From positions 930,001-994,000 of the forward strand of contig CP142735.1 of assembly GCA_036630325.1 (NCBI GenBank): 64,000 nt of DNA, in the 5' to 3' direction. The notes under the pieces are model-generated. The model searched no databases, was not told the origin of the DNA, and saw only the letters and a list, made by a program, of their open reading frames with translations. Within the stretch, counting starts at the first letter, position 1; each line of letters starts with the position of its first letter. Shown piece after piece: positions 13,401 through 25,206 of the stretch. A program made the position numbers and the translations under genes. The DNA comes from Vairimorpha necatrix. Taxonomy: Eukaryota.

Positions 13401-15333
13401 GTATAAAAAGTAAAAAGACTTTGTCTTTTTTAGACAAGCAAAAAACTGTATTGTATTGTAGTTTTATTCAAAAATTATAACTATTTTCCACGTGGTAAAT
13501 GGCGTGTAATACTTTTATTAATTTGACAATTATATTGCAAGTTTATTGTTCGGATGAATCTACATTATATATTTAGTAGGTTTAAAATTTTTATAAAATA
13601 TACAACTAATATATAATAAAATTTAAAAAAGTATGAATTGAGATTTATGCATTATATATTGCGCATACTTGTGCCTTCTTTCCCATATTTCAATTTCTTT
13701 ATCATAGATTTCATAAAAAAAAGTCAATTTGTAATATAAACCAAGAAGTATTAAAAATATAGCAAGTATTCTCATATTATTATCATGTTCATTTTTCTTC
13801 TACTTTTCGAGTGTAACATTGGTGAAATTCTAATTATTATCTAACATTTCGCTCGTTCGCCATATTTTTTGGCTGGCTTTTATCTTTTTCACAAAAAATA
13901 CGTGGCCTCGTTCGCCATATTCTAATAATAACTTGATTTTATATCTTATGTAGGCTCAAATACAACCTTTGGTAATCATTTTATATTTTAGATAAACTAC
14001 AAATCCGTTTAATGATCAAACTTCCTAAAGATAATTTACTAGTAGCAGTATTAACGTTCATTTACATGTTGTTCGTAAAAAATCGTACAGATCCGTCGTA
14101 AAATTTATTGAATTTTTGTTGAGAATATCTTCCGATTTTTAAAAATATTTATAGGTCTTTTTCATCCTTCATATTTCATTAGTTCCATCATTTAATGTTG
14201 TAAAACCAGTCTTAAAAATTCATTTTTGAGATTATTTAGATGGTAGGTGTTAAAAAAATAAAAAATGTGATTCGTTACGATATCTAAAACAATTCCCGCG
14301 AAAATTTATCACGTTTTGATGCTTTCATGCCAATAAACCTTTCATATGAATTTCATGCAACGTCTTTTTTATTTTTTTTGCATTTGAGACTTTTGAAATA
14401 TGGACTACTTCTATTGTTTTGTTTACGTTTTTCACTGCTAGAATAACATCGTAAGCAAATTATAAAATTTTTTTATGAATACTGGGATGTGGTTATGTTA
14501 AATCTCTTTTTCAAAATGTATTACATTTCAAATTTATGTTCGATCTAATATATCTAAGATTATATACTTTTTGTTATACAATCAATATCTTAAAAAATTC
14601 AATATATAAATAAATATAAAAAAATTTTACAAAAAAAAACAATCAAACTATGCAAAAATAAATTATAATTATTTTTTATTTGTGTATTTTTAAATCAAAT
14701 TTAATAAAATCAAGCTTATGTTCTATTCGTATTAATACATAGTTCTCAACCACATTTTTTATGAACCCTGAAGAATTAACACATATTATTATTTAAAAAA
14801 AGACGAAATTTAAATATCAAACGGGGTAAGACACCGATTGTTATCTCAAAAAAAAGAAAAAAATATATCTTAATTATAGAAAATTTTAATTTCAACACCT
14901 TTCACTTGTAGTTTATGTTTATAATTAAAATATATCTTAAAAAATAGTTACCATGCATTTGTCAATAAAAAACCATTAAAGGTATGTTACAGATGCAATA
15001 TAATATTGTTATCACCTAAAAGCACCAAGAAAAGCTTTTTTATAATTAATTATATTTTCTTATATATAGTTCATTTGTCTGTTTATATTTTTAAGAACAA
15101 TTTATAACTCCAAGTGCGACTTACAGATTTACAATATAAATTTTTTTGTGCCAATATAGTTTTTTTTTGTTCTTTTGGATCAAAATAAGCTAACTAAACC
15201 TTTGGTTTGCCCAGCACTAAACACTACACTAACTAGATACCATTGTTATCTTATAAGCATCGTGAAATAGCTTACCTTTTAAATAATAATATAAAATTTT
15301 TAAAAAAAGTAATATTATATTTTAGACAATTTT

Positions 15334-16437
15334 TTATTTATTAAATGTTTCTTTGTGTATCAAATGATCTACTTTTATCAAATTATCCATTAATTCATCT
15401 ACACCCACTTCCAATTTCTTATTATCAAATACTACTAATCTTTCCCTCTGGTTGATTTTACAGTAACTTCTCTTATTATTGACCATATTAGATATCTTTT
15501 TTATTAGATCTTCTTCTTTACAATCCATGAGATTAGTAAAAGTGCTCAAATTGATCGTAGAATAATACTTCTCAATTATCATATAATTATGATTATTTAT
15601 AGCCTCGTGTACATAGTCTATATACTGATCGAGATCTATAAACATTTTTACTACATTTCTTATATCTTCAATTATTTCTTTAGTAATCAACAAATTATTA
15701 AGAAATTTGTCTAGAATAAGTCTCATGTTTTCATCATTGTTCTTATCATTATGACATATTTCAAGTAGCTTCTTGTCGTAAGAATAGCCTATTATTCCAT
15801 AAAATGAAGCCAGTATAGAATATTCTGTATTCTCATATAACTTATTTATATCCAAATAAGCTTGAGACGCTTCTTCAAATTTGCTTTGTCCTAGTAGAAG
15901 TTGTATTTTATATTTATAAAAGTTCAGTCTTTCTTCTGGCGCATTATTTTCTTCAAAATATCTTTGTCTGATTCTTTTCATGACAATACTGGCCTTTACC
16001 CAGTCTCTGTTTTCAATACAAAGTCTAAATTGATCAAGTTGATATTTAATTATAGTACTGTCATCTACTAAAGTGAATGTTTCTATAGGAACATCCAAGA
16101 TTATTCCAAGAGCTTCTTCACATGACGCAGATCTGTTCATTAAATCAAGAGAAAATTTGACTCTTTCCCTTTCTAAGTAAATTTTCCCTTCTACGACTTC
16201 ATTAAGAAGAAGTTTTACAAATTCTTTTGAGTCTTTCTTTTGATCGTAGACTTCATTTACAAGCCACCTGATGGCTTCAGAAGATTGGCCTCTTCGTACT
16301 GACAGGACTTTTATAAGAGAAATGATTTCCTTGTCGTTTGAGCATTCTTTTAACATTTCAATGAAAATTGATTTTAAAGAAGGAATATTTCCATCTTTAC
16401 GTGCCAGTCTTTCTTGTTCAATAAGAACTTTATTCAT
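15334..16437 (-). CDS. RPN5: 26S proteasome lid subunit Rpn5 (PSMD12)
   Basis: LSVRRGQ, VVEGKIYLERER, VPIETF, PCI region NHNYMIIEKYYSTI, C-terminal HLIHKE; start moved to ATG at 16437, right after TTTTTACCCCCGA. Confidence 0.9.
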   Translation of the reverse strand: MNKVLIEQERLARKDGNIPSLKSIFIEMLKECSNDKEIISLIKVLSVRRGQSSEAIRWLVNEVYDQKKDSKEFVKLLLNEVVEGKIYLERERVKFSLDLMNRSASCEEALGIILDVPIETFTLVDDSTIIKYQLDQFRLCIENRDWVKASIVMKRIRQRYFEENNAPEERLNFYKYKIQLLLGQSKFEEASQAYLDINKLYENTEYSILASFYGIIGYSYDKKLLEICHNDKNNDENMRLILDKFLNNLLITKEIIEDIRNVVKMFIDLDQYIDYVHEAINNHNYMIIEKYYSTINLSTFTNLMDCKEEDLIKKISNMVNNKRSYCKINQRERLVVFDNKKLEVGVDELMDNLIKVDHLIHKETFNK

Positions 16438-16463
16438 TCGGGGGTAAAAAACAAACACAAAAA

Positions 16464-16605
16464 AAATAAAATGAAGCACAAATAAAATGAAGCACAAATA
16501 AAATTAAATACAAATAAATTTAAATACAAATAAAAAAAGCAAAAAATAAAATTAAGCAAAAAATAAAATTAAGCACAAACAAAATTAAGCACAAATAAAA
16601 TTAAG
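16464..16605. repeat. Degenerate ~16-bp tandem repeat (aaataaaattaagcac), about 9 units, upstream of RPN5
   Basis: Read directly; explains the false hydrophobic N-terminal extension in the ORF track. Confidence 0.8.
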
Positions 16606-16770
16606 TGGACTATCTTAGATACGTTAATACAGAAAATAATTTTCACTCGAAACACTCTTTGCAGTTTCTTAATTATTGTTAAAAAGATTATATATAAAAT
16701 AAACTTAGTAATAAATCAATGTTGTTCTTAAATTTTAAAAAAATATCAAATTTTTTTTAAAAGTACTTGT

Positions 16771-19614
16771 TTATTTATCAAGTAATACTATTATTCTTGG
16801 ATAATTATCTACCTCACTATCAGTCGCCAAATCTATTTGTACCAATTTCCTCCCTTTTATTTGTTCTACTAACTCATCAATCTTTTTCTCCATATTACTT
16901 TCATATTTATCATCAACATCCCAATACAATAATTTATTATCAATTGTCAACATACTCACTTTAACTTTAAATTGTATCTCAAATGCTTTAATAATATTTT
17001 TCAATTTCGTGTTTTTATATTCTAGTCTATTCCACATATTGTAGAAATACTTTTTATCATCTAAGAAATAAAACTGCTTTTCTGCTTCTATCGGATCAGA
17101 AGTACCAAAATAAGGCAAGGCGAGATTCAAGAAAGAATTCTTAAATTTAGTATTATCATATTTTAAGTGAAGTTTGATCATCTCAATTATTGATAGGCCT
17201 GATACGACGGCAGTAGTGGTGGCTATGGCCGGAATGATTCGACCTGCTATGCCTTTAATGGCCAGTCTGTCTAAATTTTTGATCTGGTAATTTTGGGCTC
17301 TTAAATTTGCACATGAAAATACAAAATCCACATGACTGTTTAAATCGTTGTCTTTCTCAAATTCCTGAGGTACGAGATTTTCGAAATTCTCTTTTACTTT
17401 TTTATCTTGATTTAGTGACAAATTGTCAATATTCTCTAATTCATTATGTATAAAATCCTTAACATAAATATTTTGTATGATATTTCCTTCTATGTTGAAA
17501 ATATCTTTGTATATATTAGCCACACTTCTTATAAATGTTATATGTAGATCATTTTCAAGATTAAAATTTATGGGCTCGGGGGCTCTTTTTGGGGGCATCC
17601 AAAAAGGCTGCCCTTCTTTGGTCAGTGAATCTGGCGGGAATGTTTTTAAAAGCTCCTGAATTGAAGTATGAAAATATTTTATAAATAATCTCAGTCCTAG
17701 TCTTACGCAATCTTCTATACCATTCGGCGAAATTCTAATTAATTCTGATACATCGTCGTCTTCTGCATCTTCTGAATCCATTATTTTCAATATTTGATCA
17801 TGAAATCTAAGGCGAAATTCGCTCATCGCCCACTCAATTGTGTGCTCAATGGCATGTGGGAAATTTTTGATTGTGCACAAAGGAATTGATTTCTCTGGGG
17901 GATCCCTGCTGGATCCATAAGATTCAGAAAATAGAGGAATTATGACTTGAACATTCCCTTTAGTACCCGACGTCCCGGAATCTACTAAAGGTTTCCTGTG
18001 GAGGACACATCTCTCGTCAGTGTAAAGTCTCGCTTCAACATTGTCAAGTGCATTTAAAACTACGTCATTGTCCTCGAAGAAATCATCAGAGAAGATTTCT
18101 TCGGTCTCTTCGCCGACCTTAAGATTAAAATGTCTAATATTTTCTGAATATGTAAAATCTTCATTCAAAGTCGGGATTTTTGATACTGCGACTTCTGCCT
18201 TCATTTTCTCCACATCGAGTTTACTAAACAAGAATTGTCTATTTAAATTGCTTTGTTCTATCGAGTCCATGTCTGTGACATTTAATTTCCCTTGTGAGGA
18301 TATTCCGCACATGACAATATTTTTCAAATGTTCACATCCAATGGCCCCTGCTCCTACAAGAAAGAGGCGCATATTAAAAAGCTTCTGTAAATTTTCTTCT
18401 CCGAAAATCTTGTACATTGACTGATATCTTCCGTAATTCTTCTCAGATAAGTCGAAATTATTACACAATTCATATGCGTCATAATACATAAATTGTACTA
18501 GTGGGGTAAATTTATAACTTATTCCTTTTAAAGCTTCTTGGGCTACAAATCCTCCTACAATAGAACACATAGGCATAAATTGCGTATCACTTTGACGGCC
18601 GAATATTTTGACAAGATTGCCTTGATTATTAAATCTCTTAATATAAAAAGATAAGAACTGGTCCTCATTGGGAAAACAGTGGTGTTTTTCTTGATATTCA
18701 CTGAGGGCTATAAAGCATCTATGAGATACTAAATTTTGTGCATCTGCTTCGAAATTGTAACTTAGAATATTTGGGTTATCAAGTAAATCTTCTAACATTT
18801 TAAAATGAATTATCTTTGGTCTCTTGATTTGTTCAAAATCTCCACCATAAATTTCTGTGAACTCAAAAGGCATTTCTTTTAGATTGGCGAATTCACTGTC
18901 TAAAATTGTAGACCCATCAATCTTTGTAAGTTGGATTTGTGATTTATTAAGTCCTTTGACTTTGAATAAAATTCCTTCGTACATTTTTTTTTCTTGATTT
19001 TTAGTATTTTGTATGATTTTTACTATGTCCCCGTCCTCGAGATTGTGTCTCTGCTCGTCTACTACAGTCAATATTCCTGTACTAGAAATATCATTTATCA
19101 TGCCAATAATTGGAGGCTCTCCATTTGTGTCTACACAAATAAAATCAGAACCAAAGTCACAGAATATTTGAGAAAACACTCCTCTACTTTGACATCCTAT
19201 ATATTTACAATTATCTCTTCTTGCTTGTTTATTAATTTTTATCATTGAATGTACTTGTTCATTACAAGAAATTACTAAATCAAATTCTTTAAAAGAAACA
19301 AAATCATAAACAATATTAACTGAAACATATTCATTGAGATTTCTAAATCTCTCAAGTAAAACTTCACTTTTTTTCTTACCGATATCTTTTCTTGTAAAAT
19401 AAAATCCTGTAGAAAGATCATGTTCTTTTATTTCTGAATTATCACAAATGAAAATTCTAGAAACTCCTGTAAGGCATAAGTTTTTTACTACTTCTTGGCC
19501 TAGTCCATCAAGGCCTATTACTAGGATACTGCTCTTCATCATTCTTTCCATGGCATCTTTACCTATGACGTAAAGTTGTCTTGAATATAAAGATTCGTCG
19601 ATTTGGGAATTCAT
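16771..19614 (-). CDS. UBA1: Ubiquitin-activating enzyme E1
   Basis: IDESLYSRQLYVIG, VGAGAIGCE, DMDSIEQSNLNRQFLF, catalytic PLCTIKNFP, GRIIPAIATTTA; start at ATG 19614 after TTTTATCCCATAATT. Confidence 0.97.
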   Translation of the reverse strand: MNSQIDESLYSRQLYVIGKDAMERMMKSSILVIGLDGLGQEVVKNLCLTGVSRIFICDNSEIKEHDLSTGFYFTRKDIGKKKSEVLLERFRNLNEYVSVNIVYDFVSFKEFDLVISCNEQVHSMIKINKQARRDNCKYIGCQSRGVFSQIFCDFGSDFICVDTNGEPPIIGMINDISSTGILTVVDEQRHNLEDGDIVKIIQNTKNQEKKMYEGILFKVKGLNKSQIQLTKIDGSTILDSEFANLKEMPFEFTEIYGGDFEQIKRPKIIHFKMLEDLLDNPNILSYNFEADAQNLVSHRCFIALSEYQEKHHCFPNEDQFLSFYIKRFNNQGNLVKIFGRQSDTQFMPMCSIVGGFVAQEALKGISYKFTPLVQFMYYDAYELCNNFDLSEKNYGRYQSMYKIFGEENLQKLFNMRLFLVGAGAIGCEHLKNIVMCGISSQGKLNVTDMDSIEQSNLNRQFLFSKLDVEKMKAEVAVSKIPTLNEDFTYSENIRHFNLKVGEETEEIFSDDFFEDNDVVLNALDNVEARLYTDERCVLHRKPLVDSGTSGTKGNVQVIIPLFSESYGSSRDPPEKSIPLCTIKNFPHAIEHTIEWAMSEFRLRFHDQILKIMDSEDAEDDDVSELIRISPNGIEDCVRLGLRLFIKYFHTSIQELLKTFPPDSLTKEGQPFWMPPKRAPEPINFNLENDLHITFIRSVANIYKDIFNIEGNIIQNIYVKDFIHNELENIDNLSLNQDKKVKENFENLVPQEFEKDNDLNSHVDFVFSCANLRAQNYQIKNLDRLAIKGIAGRIIPAIATTTAVVSGLSIIEMIKLHLKYDNTKFKNSFLNLALPYFGTSDPIEAEKQFYFLDDKKYFYNMWNRLEYKNTKLKNIIKAFEIQFKVKVSMLTIDNKLLYWDVDDKYESNMEKKIDELVEQIKGRKLVQIDLATDSEVDNYPRIIVLLDK

Positions 19615-20043
19615 AATTATGGGATAAAAAACTTTATTTATAGTTTTTTTGCATGAATTATGCAAATTGTTAGTTTGTTGTTTTAAACAAACAAAGTGTC
19701 AATAAGAAAATAATCTCGACCAATGAGATTTGAATAATATAAATCTGGCAAAGGAACGCATAGAGAAATTTATATTATTTATAATCCGGAATGAATTTAC
19801 ACATGTATAATCTACAGAATATCTTTCGTATATAACATATGTAGTTGAATATTGTTTTTTTTAATGTTTGGCTTTTGATTTTATAACCTGTCTTGAAGCA
19901 TGTCTGTAATTATTTTGAGTTGTCTTAAGCATGTTTTTAATAATATTTTAAAGTGTGTCTTAAAGTATCATTTAACATTTTTATTTAAGAAATATGACTC
20001 TTTTCAAATGTGTAATATTTTTTTCTGAAGCCTTTTGTCTTCT

Positions 20044-20063
20044 TTTTTTTACCCCCTAAAATG
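20044..20063 (+). promoter_or_regulatory. Microsporidian T-tract + CCC start-proximal motif (example at RPL7; recurs at most genes here)
   Basis: TTTTTTTACCCCTAAAATG; similar at RPN5, UBA1, CK1, SLY1, syntaxin, RPL3, PWP2, RPA3, SmD3, peroxiredoxin and both secreted paralogs. Confidence 0.85.
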
Positions 20064-20780
20064 TCAAGCTCTGTTGCTCCAAATTCTTTTAAATCTTTAC
20101 AAGAATATGAAAAGAAACAAGCCTTAATCATTGACGCTAAGAAATCTGAATATGAACAGAGAGTACTAAGAAATAAAGAATATGCTCTTGAGACCACTGA
20201 AAAGCTTCTCAATAAATATTATGATAGTGTCAAGGAGTTAGAAAAGACTAAATCTGATTATAAATCTAAGAATATGCTTTATATTCCCAAGGAGTCAAAT
20301 TTCCTTGTAGTCGTAAAAATCAAGTCTTCTATTGGCGCCGCACCAAGACAAAGATCAATTTTGAAATTATTAAGACTTAATAAAACTAATTCAGCTGTCT
20401 TAGTAAAGAATAACAAGAGTATGAAGAGAATGTTGCAGCTTGCTAAAGACTACATTTCTTATGGAAGTATCTCTTACGAATTATTAAGGAAATTAGTTTA
20501 TAAACACGGGGTTATCAAAGTAAATGATAAACACAGAAAATTAAACAATGAAAACATAGAAGATGCTTTCAGAGGAGAATTGAAATGTATTGAGGAAATT
20601 ATTTATAATATTTATTTTGGTACTGAATATTTCAAAGTCTGCGCTAACACTCTCATACCTTTTAGGCTTAAATCACCCCAAGGAGGATTTAAAGGAAAGA
20701 AGAGTAAAGGATTTACAGAAGGAGGAAATTTAGGAAATCATTATGATCTTATTGGAGAATTAGTAGAGAGAATGCTTTAA
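20061..20780 (+). CDS. RPL7: 60S ribosomal protein L7 (uL30)
   Basis: [55 protein letters not shown] start context. Confidence 0.93.
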   Translation: MSSSVAPNSFKSLQEYEKKQALIIDAKKSEYEQRVLRNKEYALETTEKLLNKYYDSVKELEKTKSDYKSKNMLYIPKESNFLVVVKIKSSIGAAPRQRSILKLLRLNKTNSAVLVKNNKSMKRMLQLAKDYISYGSISYELLRKLVYKHGVIKVNDKHRKLNNENIEDAFRGELKCIEEIIYNIYFGTEYFKVCANTLIPFRLKSPQGGFKGKKSKGFTEGGNLGNHYDLIGELVERML

Positions 20781-21326
20781 ATAAACTATTTAATGAAAAC
20801 TAAATTAATTTAACAATATTTATTTAAGTATCTGTGAAAGATTTTATTGTTTTAAATTTGCATAAACAGAAAAAAAAATTCTGCATAAATTTAGTCAAGA
20901 AGATAAACTCGATTTTAGAGTAAAAAACAAAAGTTTTTTTAGACAAACATGTTGTAAAAATAATGAGAACTCTATAAAACATTAGGTTATTTGTATATAA
21001 GTAATATAGTAATGTATAAGATAGCTTTGTATGGTTTCTTCTTCCATGTCTATATTTTTTTATGATTCATGAAAACACGCCTTCGTGTAGTTTTCAATTA
21101 TTAAATGTTCTAAAAGCCGCATGTTAATCAAATCCCATGTCTTAAGTTTAAAATATAATAACATAACGTAGGGTAAATTAAGACTTCTTTCTGATGAGAC
21201 GAAACTTGATCTATTTACAGATCATATTATTGAGAAAACATTTAATTATATTTTTTTAAAAAACAACTTTGCTAAAAGCAAACAAAACACTCCACAGAAC
21301 TTATGTAATATTTTTCACCCTCTAAA

Positions 21327-22598
21327 ATGAACATCTTTTTCAATAAAAAATCCCAAGAAAAAATTTCAAAAAAATCACTTTTTATTGATAGAATAATAAC
21401 AGGCGAATATTCTTCTCTTAATGAAATTCTTCCTGATCTCAATGAAGATTGTATTTATTATTCTTTGATAACTTATATCTTGTCAAAAAATATTGAAAAT
21501 CTCAATTTGTTTATACAGGCAAACAAAATTGAAACGGATCTAGTTTTATATCTAATTAAAGAAAACATGTGTATAGAATATACTGTCAACTACTTAAATA
21601 ATATTAAAATTAGAGACTATTTGTATTTTATTTGTCTTAAAGAATTATTAATTAGAAATATAATTGATATAAATATCGACAAGTTACTAGACAAAATAGA
21701 TGATTACGACATTTATAAACATTGTATAAAAAACAATATTATACCTATGAAAAGGAATACCATCAATTATGAATATTACAAAATACATTGTAATAATTTT
21801 GATACTGTTGATAATTTATTGAATCATGTTAAAGATTATAAAAATATAGAATATATAACAAATATTATTAAAGATAAAGAGGCAAATAATGAAATTATTA
21901 AATTTATAAAAAATGGATTTGATAAAAATTTTTGTGTAAAATTTTTTGAAAAATTAAATTATCAATCAGAATTCGATATAATAAAATTAATACTTGCGCA
22001 CTTGATTTCCACAAAATCATCTAAGTATCTTGTACTTGCTTTATATTTGGCTAAGAAATTCTCATTTACATTTGTTAATAATTATGATATAAATTTAATA
22101 TATCTTTTTTTACTAAAATATTTTTTATTTTATGACGAAATAGTAAATGTATTTAAAAAGATGGATATTAAGAACAATCAGCTTCTTAATATGAGTTATA
22201 TTTGGAGTGACGTGTATATAATATGCACCGAGAAAGGTAAGGCAGTATCACCAGACATGAAAGATAAATATATTGAATACATTGAAGACTTAAAAGCCAC
22301 TATAAAAACCAGTATACCAGTATTTATAGAATCCAATAAAATATCGCATGCTATTAATATGATAAATTTATATAAAACGGTGGAAAATAATACAGTTTTC
22401 TTAGAATTAAACAAAAAAGAATTTATAAAAAACGAAGAAGAATATCAATTTAAAGATATGCTGAGTACAAGATGTGGATATTTATTTGATAAGAATAAAG
22501 AAGTGTACAGTCATGACGAGGAGGAATATTTTAAAAATGATATTTATGAAATAGAAGACGAAGAATTTAAAAAATGGTTTAGAGAACAAAATAAATAA
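21327..22598 (+). CDS. Hypothetical helical-repeat protein, possibly NatB auxiliary subunit (Naa25/Mdm20-like)
   Basis: NYDINLIYLFLLKYF...FKKMDIKNNQLLNMSY resembles the conserved Naa25 segment; CACCCTCTAAAATG start. Confidence 0.6.
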   Translation: MNIFFNKKSQEKISKKSLFIDRIITGEYSSLNEILPDLNEDCIYYSLITYILSKNIENLNLFIQANKIETDLVLYLIKENMCIEYTVNYLNNIKIRDYLYFICLKELLIRNIIDINIDKLLDKIDDYDIYKHCIKNNIIPMKRNTINYEYYKIHCNNFDTVDNLLNHVKDYKNIEYITNIIKDKEANNEIIKFIKNGFDKNFCVKFFEKLNYQSEFDIIKLILAHLISTKSSKYLVLALYLAKKFSFTFVNNYDINLIYLFLLKYFLFYDEIVNVFKKMDIKNNQLLNMSYIWSDVYIICTEKGKAVSPDMKDKYIEYIEDLKATIKTSIPVFIESNKISHAINMINLYKTVENNTVFLELNKKEFIKNEEEYQFKDMLSTRCGYLFDKNKEVYSHDEEEYFKNDIYEIEDEEFKKWFREQNK

Positions 22599-22673
22599 TT
22601 TTGATGATTTTTTTATTTTGCCATATCGCGGGTTTTTTAGAAACGTGCTTTTGCCGTCTTTCTTTGCTGCTTT

Positions 22674-23465
22674 TTTTTTTTTCTTGCAAATAAGAGGTAG
22701 GGAGAACCCTTACATAGAGACCAGAGGGATTTGGGTGTGATCCTCATCTAACTAATACTGTGAGATTCTTACTCACTAAAACTCCCTCCATACACTTGCC
22801 GGTGCAGCAAGCTCCGCCGTATCCATTGGACTTTGGCTCCAGGAGAACACTTTCCATTTATACCTCAAATCGCGTCCAGAGTGACCTCACAGCGGATATA
22901 CTTAACGGGCATGGTTATCAAAAACCCGAGGAGAGACATCATCGTACTGACTCAAAGGTCCCTACAATCATCCGTATTGCACACAAGGCTCCTTACACGA
23001 CCACATCCCCAGCCCGGCGTTTTTTTTATTGGGCTGCGTTGACCACCAGTCTCCCACTAGTTTCGGCCACCGTGTTACAGAATCATGTAGGATAGGGTCC
23101 ACGAGACCTTCTATTGCCCTACTTCGTCTAGTCTCTTAGTTAGCTCTAGGATCCCACTCTAGAGTGCACCAGCCATGGGCTCCAACTAGGCCTTACCCAT
23201 TAGATACTTTTATGTATCATTAAGTCACCAAAGAGTGTTCTGCTTTTTGGCCTTGAGGTGCGTTTCTACACTAGATGCTAATCCCCTTGTGGCTGGACAC
23301 ACACAAGTTTCATTGAATCAACTTAATGATTATCGTGGACATTTTCATCATCTGAGTTGTTCCAACTGCATCATAGAAAGTAGAAACAATTTTGGTGCCT
23401 CTGGGAATCGAACCCAGCCATTGCTCAATGGAAGCATTGCATTCTACCACTGTGCTAAGGGCACC
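22674..23465 (-). mobile_element. tRNA-derived SINE-like retroposon, copy 1 (young, full length)
   Basis: tRNA-like head 23465-23393 with A box TAGCACAGTGG and B box GGTTCGATTCC; ~700-bp GC-richer body; A-rich tail; perfect 15-bp TSD tttctttgctgcttt at 22659-22673 and 23466-23480; homologous copies at 43.1-44.6 kb. Confidence 0.9.
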
Positions 23466-25206
23466 TTTCTTTGCTGCTTTACGCTATCACCTTTTCTCAT
23501 CATCAACGGCAAAAATTTTCAAGAGTATTAAAAAAAAATATATTAATAAAAAATGATTCTTTCAGTGATTATATGTTATCCATTCTATGTATCATCTATG
23601 TAATTTTTTTGTCTATGTTCTGTATATTAAAGCAAATTCAATTGAAATTTTATCTAACGTTACATTTTTTTAATTAACTTGTTGTGTTTTAACATATGAT
23701 TTACATCGAACTCAACCGTGTTTTAATGGGAAAAAATATGTTTTGCACAGAATATTTATAAGTTCATGTTATTTGCATGCTAATTCATAAGCCGACCAAA
23801 AAGAATTAATGTATTTTTTAATAGATATGAAATTTGCCGGTTTTAATAATTGTTTTATTTTTTAGGTGTTTTTTTCTATTAAAATAAAGACAAATGAATT
23901 AATAGTACATTGAATAATTTTTTTTTGCTTTAGTCAGAAATTTGTAGCAAGGTTTGTAAAATGAAGGCAAATATTATAATTTAAAATAGTTTTTAAGAAT
24001 GAATGTTACGTTAAATTATTTATTTTAAGGTTTTTCGTATAAATTTTCTTGAATTTTTTTACTTTAATTTTAAAACTTTCTTTTTCTTCAGTCATTATTA
24101 CTTCATATTTTTTATATTCTTTAGTAAAAATTCAAAAAATTATTTTCCAACCTTAGACTGGTTATTTTATAACTGTATTTAGATTTTCCAAATACATTTA
24201 TGTTTATTTAACTTATTTGGGACATCATCTCCATAGTTTCGAACTCATGTTTATAAGTATCTTAAAATTTTCCACTTCTTTATTAAATTTTTTTGACCAT
24301 AGGATTTAAACCTTTTAATTTTTCAAGTATATTGTTTTAAAATGTATTTCTGAATTTAAGGAACATTAGTATGCCATTTTTTGTTATATTTTTTCGAAAA
24401 TATCTTTCAGCGTATTTTTCACTTAGTAGACAAGAAAATTGTTTTTATTAATATAACTAATTTCGTATTCCTTTTAAAAATAAGCCAAATTAATAAAAAA
24501 TCAACCTCAGAAAATGTTCATGAGTTAATTTTTTTTGATTTTTATATCTTTTACATGTCAACACTTTATTAAAAATATTTAATTTAAAAATTCAGGAAAA
24601 TATAGAAAACATTTCCATAAATACAAGATGCGTGCTTAATATACAAAATAATAATTAATTAAACCGTCGACATTTCTTTATAATAAAGACTGCTCAATAC
24701 TTATATATGAAAAGGCGGTGCGGATATTTTTTACAAAAAATGACCTATTTTCGTTTTAGAAATAGAACATCTTTTTTTTCAATTTAAATGTGTAAAAATC
24801 TTATAAACAAGAAAATAACAATATAAAACAATTATAGTTATAAGGGATTAGATTTTTCGTACAAGTATCGAAAATGGTGGATAAATATCAGAAAACGTTA
24901 TAAATAAGAATTTATTAGATTCTGCAAGCTAATATAGATTATTTTCATTGTTCTGATACACAAAATTACAATATTTACGATTAGATGTAGTATGGCGCGA
25001 TGTATTATTTTGGAGAAAAATTGCAAAATTTATCTAATAATACGCATATATTAAAAACCATTCTGAAGACACATATGCAAATAAAAAAGTGAAAGAATGC
25101 ATTTTTCATTCTCATATTTAACTAAATATACAATAAAAATACTTTATTCAGGTATAATATAATATCTTACTTACTAATTACTTTTCACAATCTATACTCA
25201 CAATTT

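Noticed and set aside
16767-19248. Short antisense or overlapping ORFs inside UBA1, and likewise inside CK1, RPL3, PWP2, haspin and the homeobox gene
   Set aside because: Shadow frames of real genes
21191-21240. Hammerhead-like core CTGATGA-gac-GAAAC
   Set aside because: Only 3 nt for stem II, and stem III and the cleavage triplet do not pair properly
23393-23465. Stand-alone tRNA gene (could be read as Met-CAT or Gly-TCC)
   Set aside because: Irregular anticodon arm with a pyrimidine at position 37, an extra base near the acceptor stem, no terminator, and it is the 5' end of a TSD-flanked repeat
22760-23531. ORFs of 69-111 aa here, and those at 43102-43290 and 43701-44015
   Set aside because: Frames within the SINE copies with non-ATG starts; reading frames are not preserved between copies
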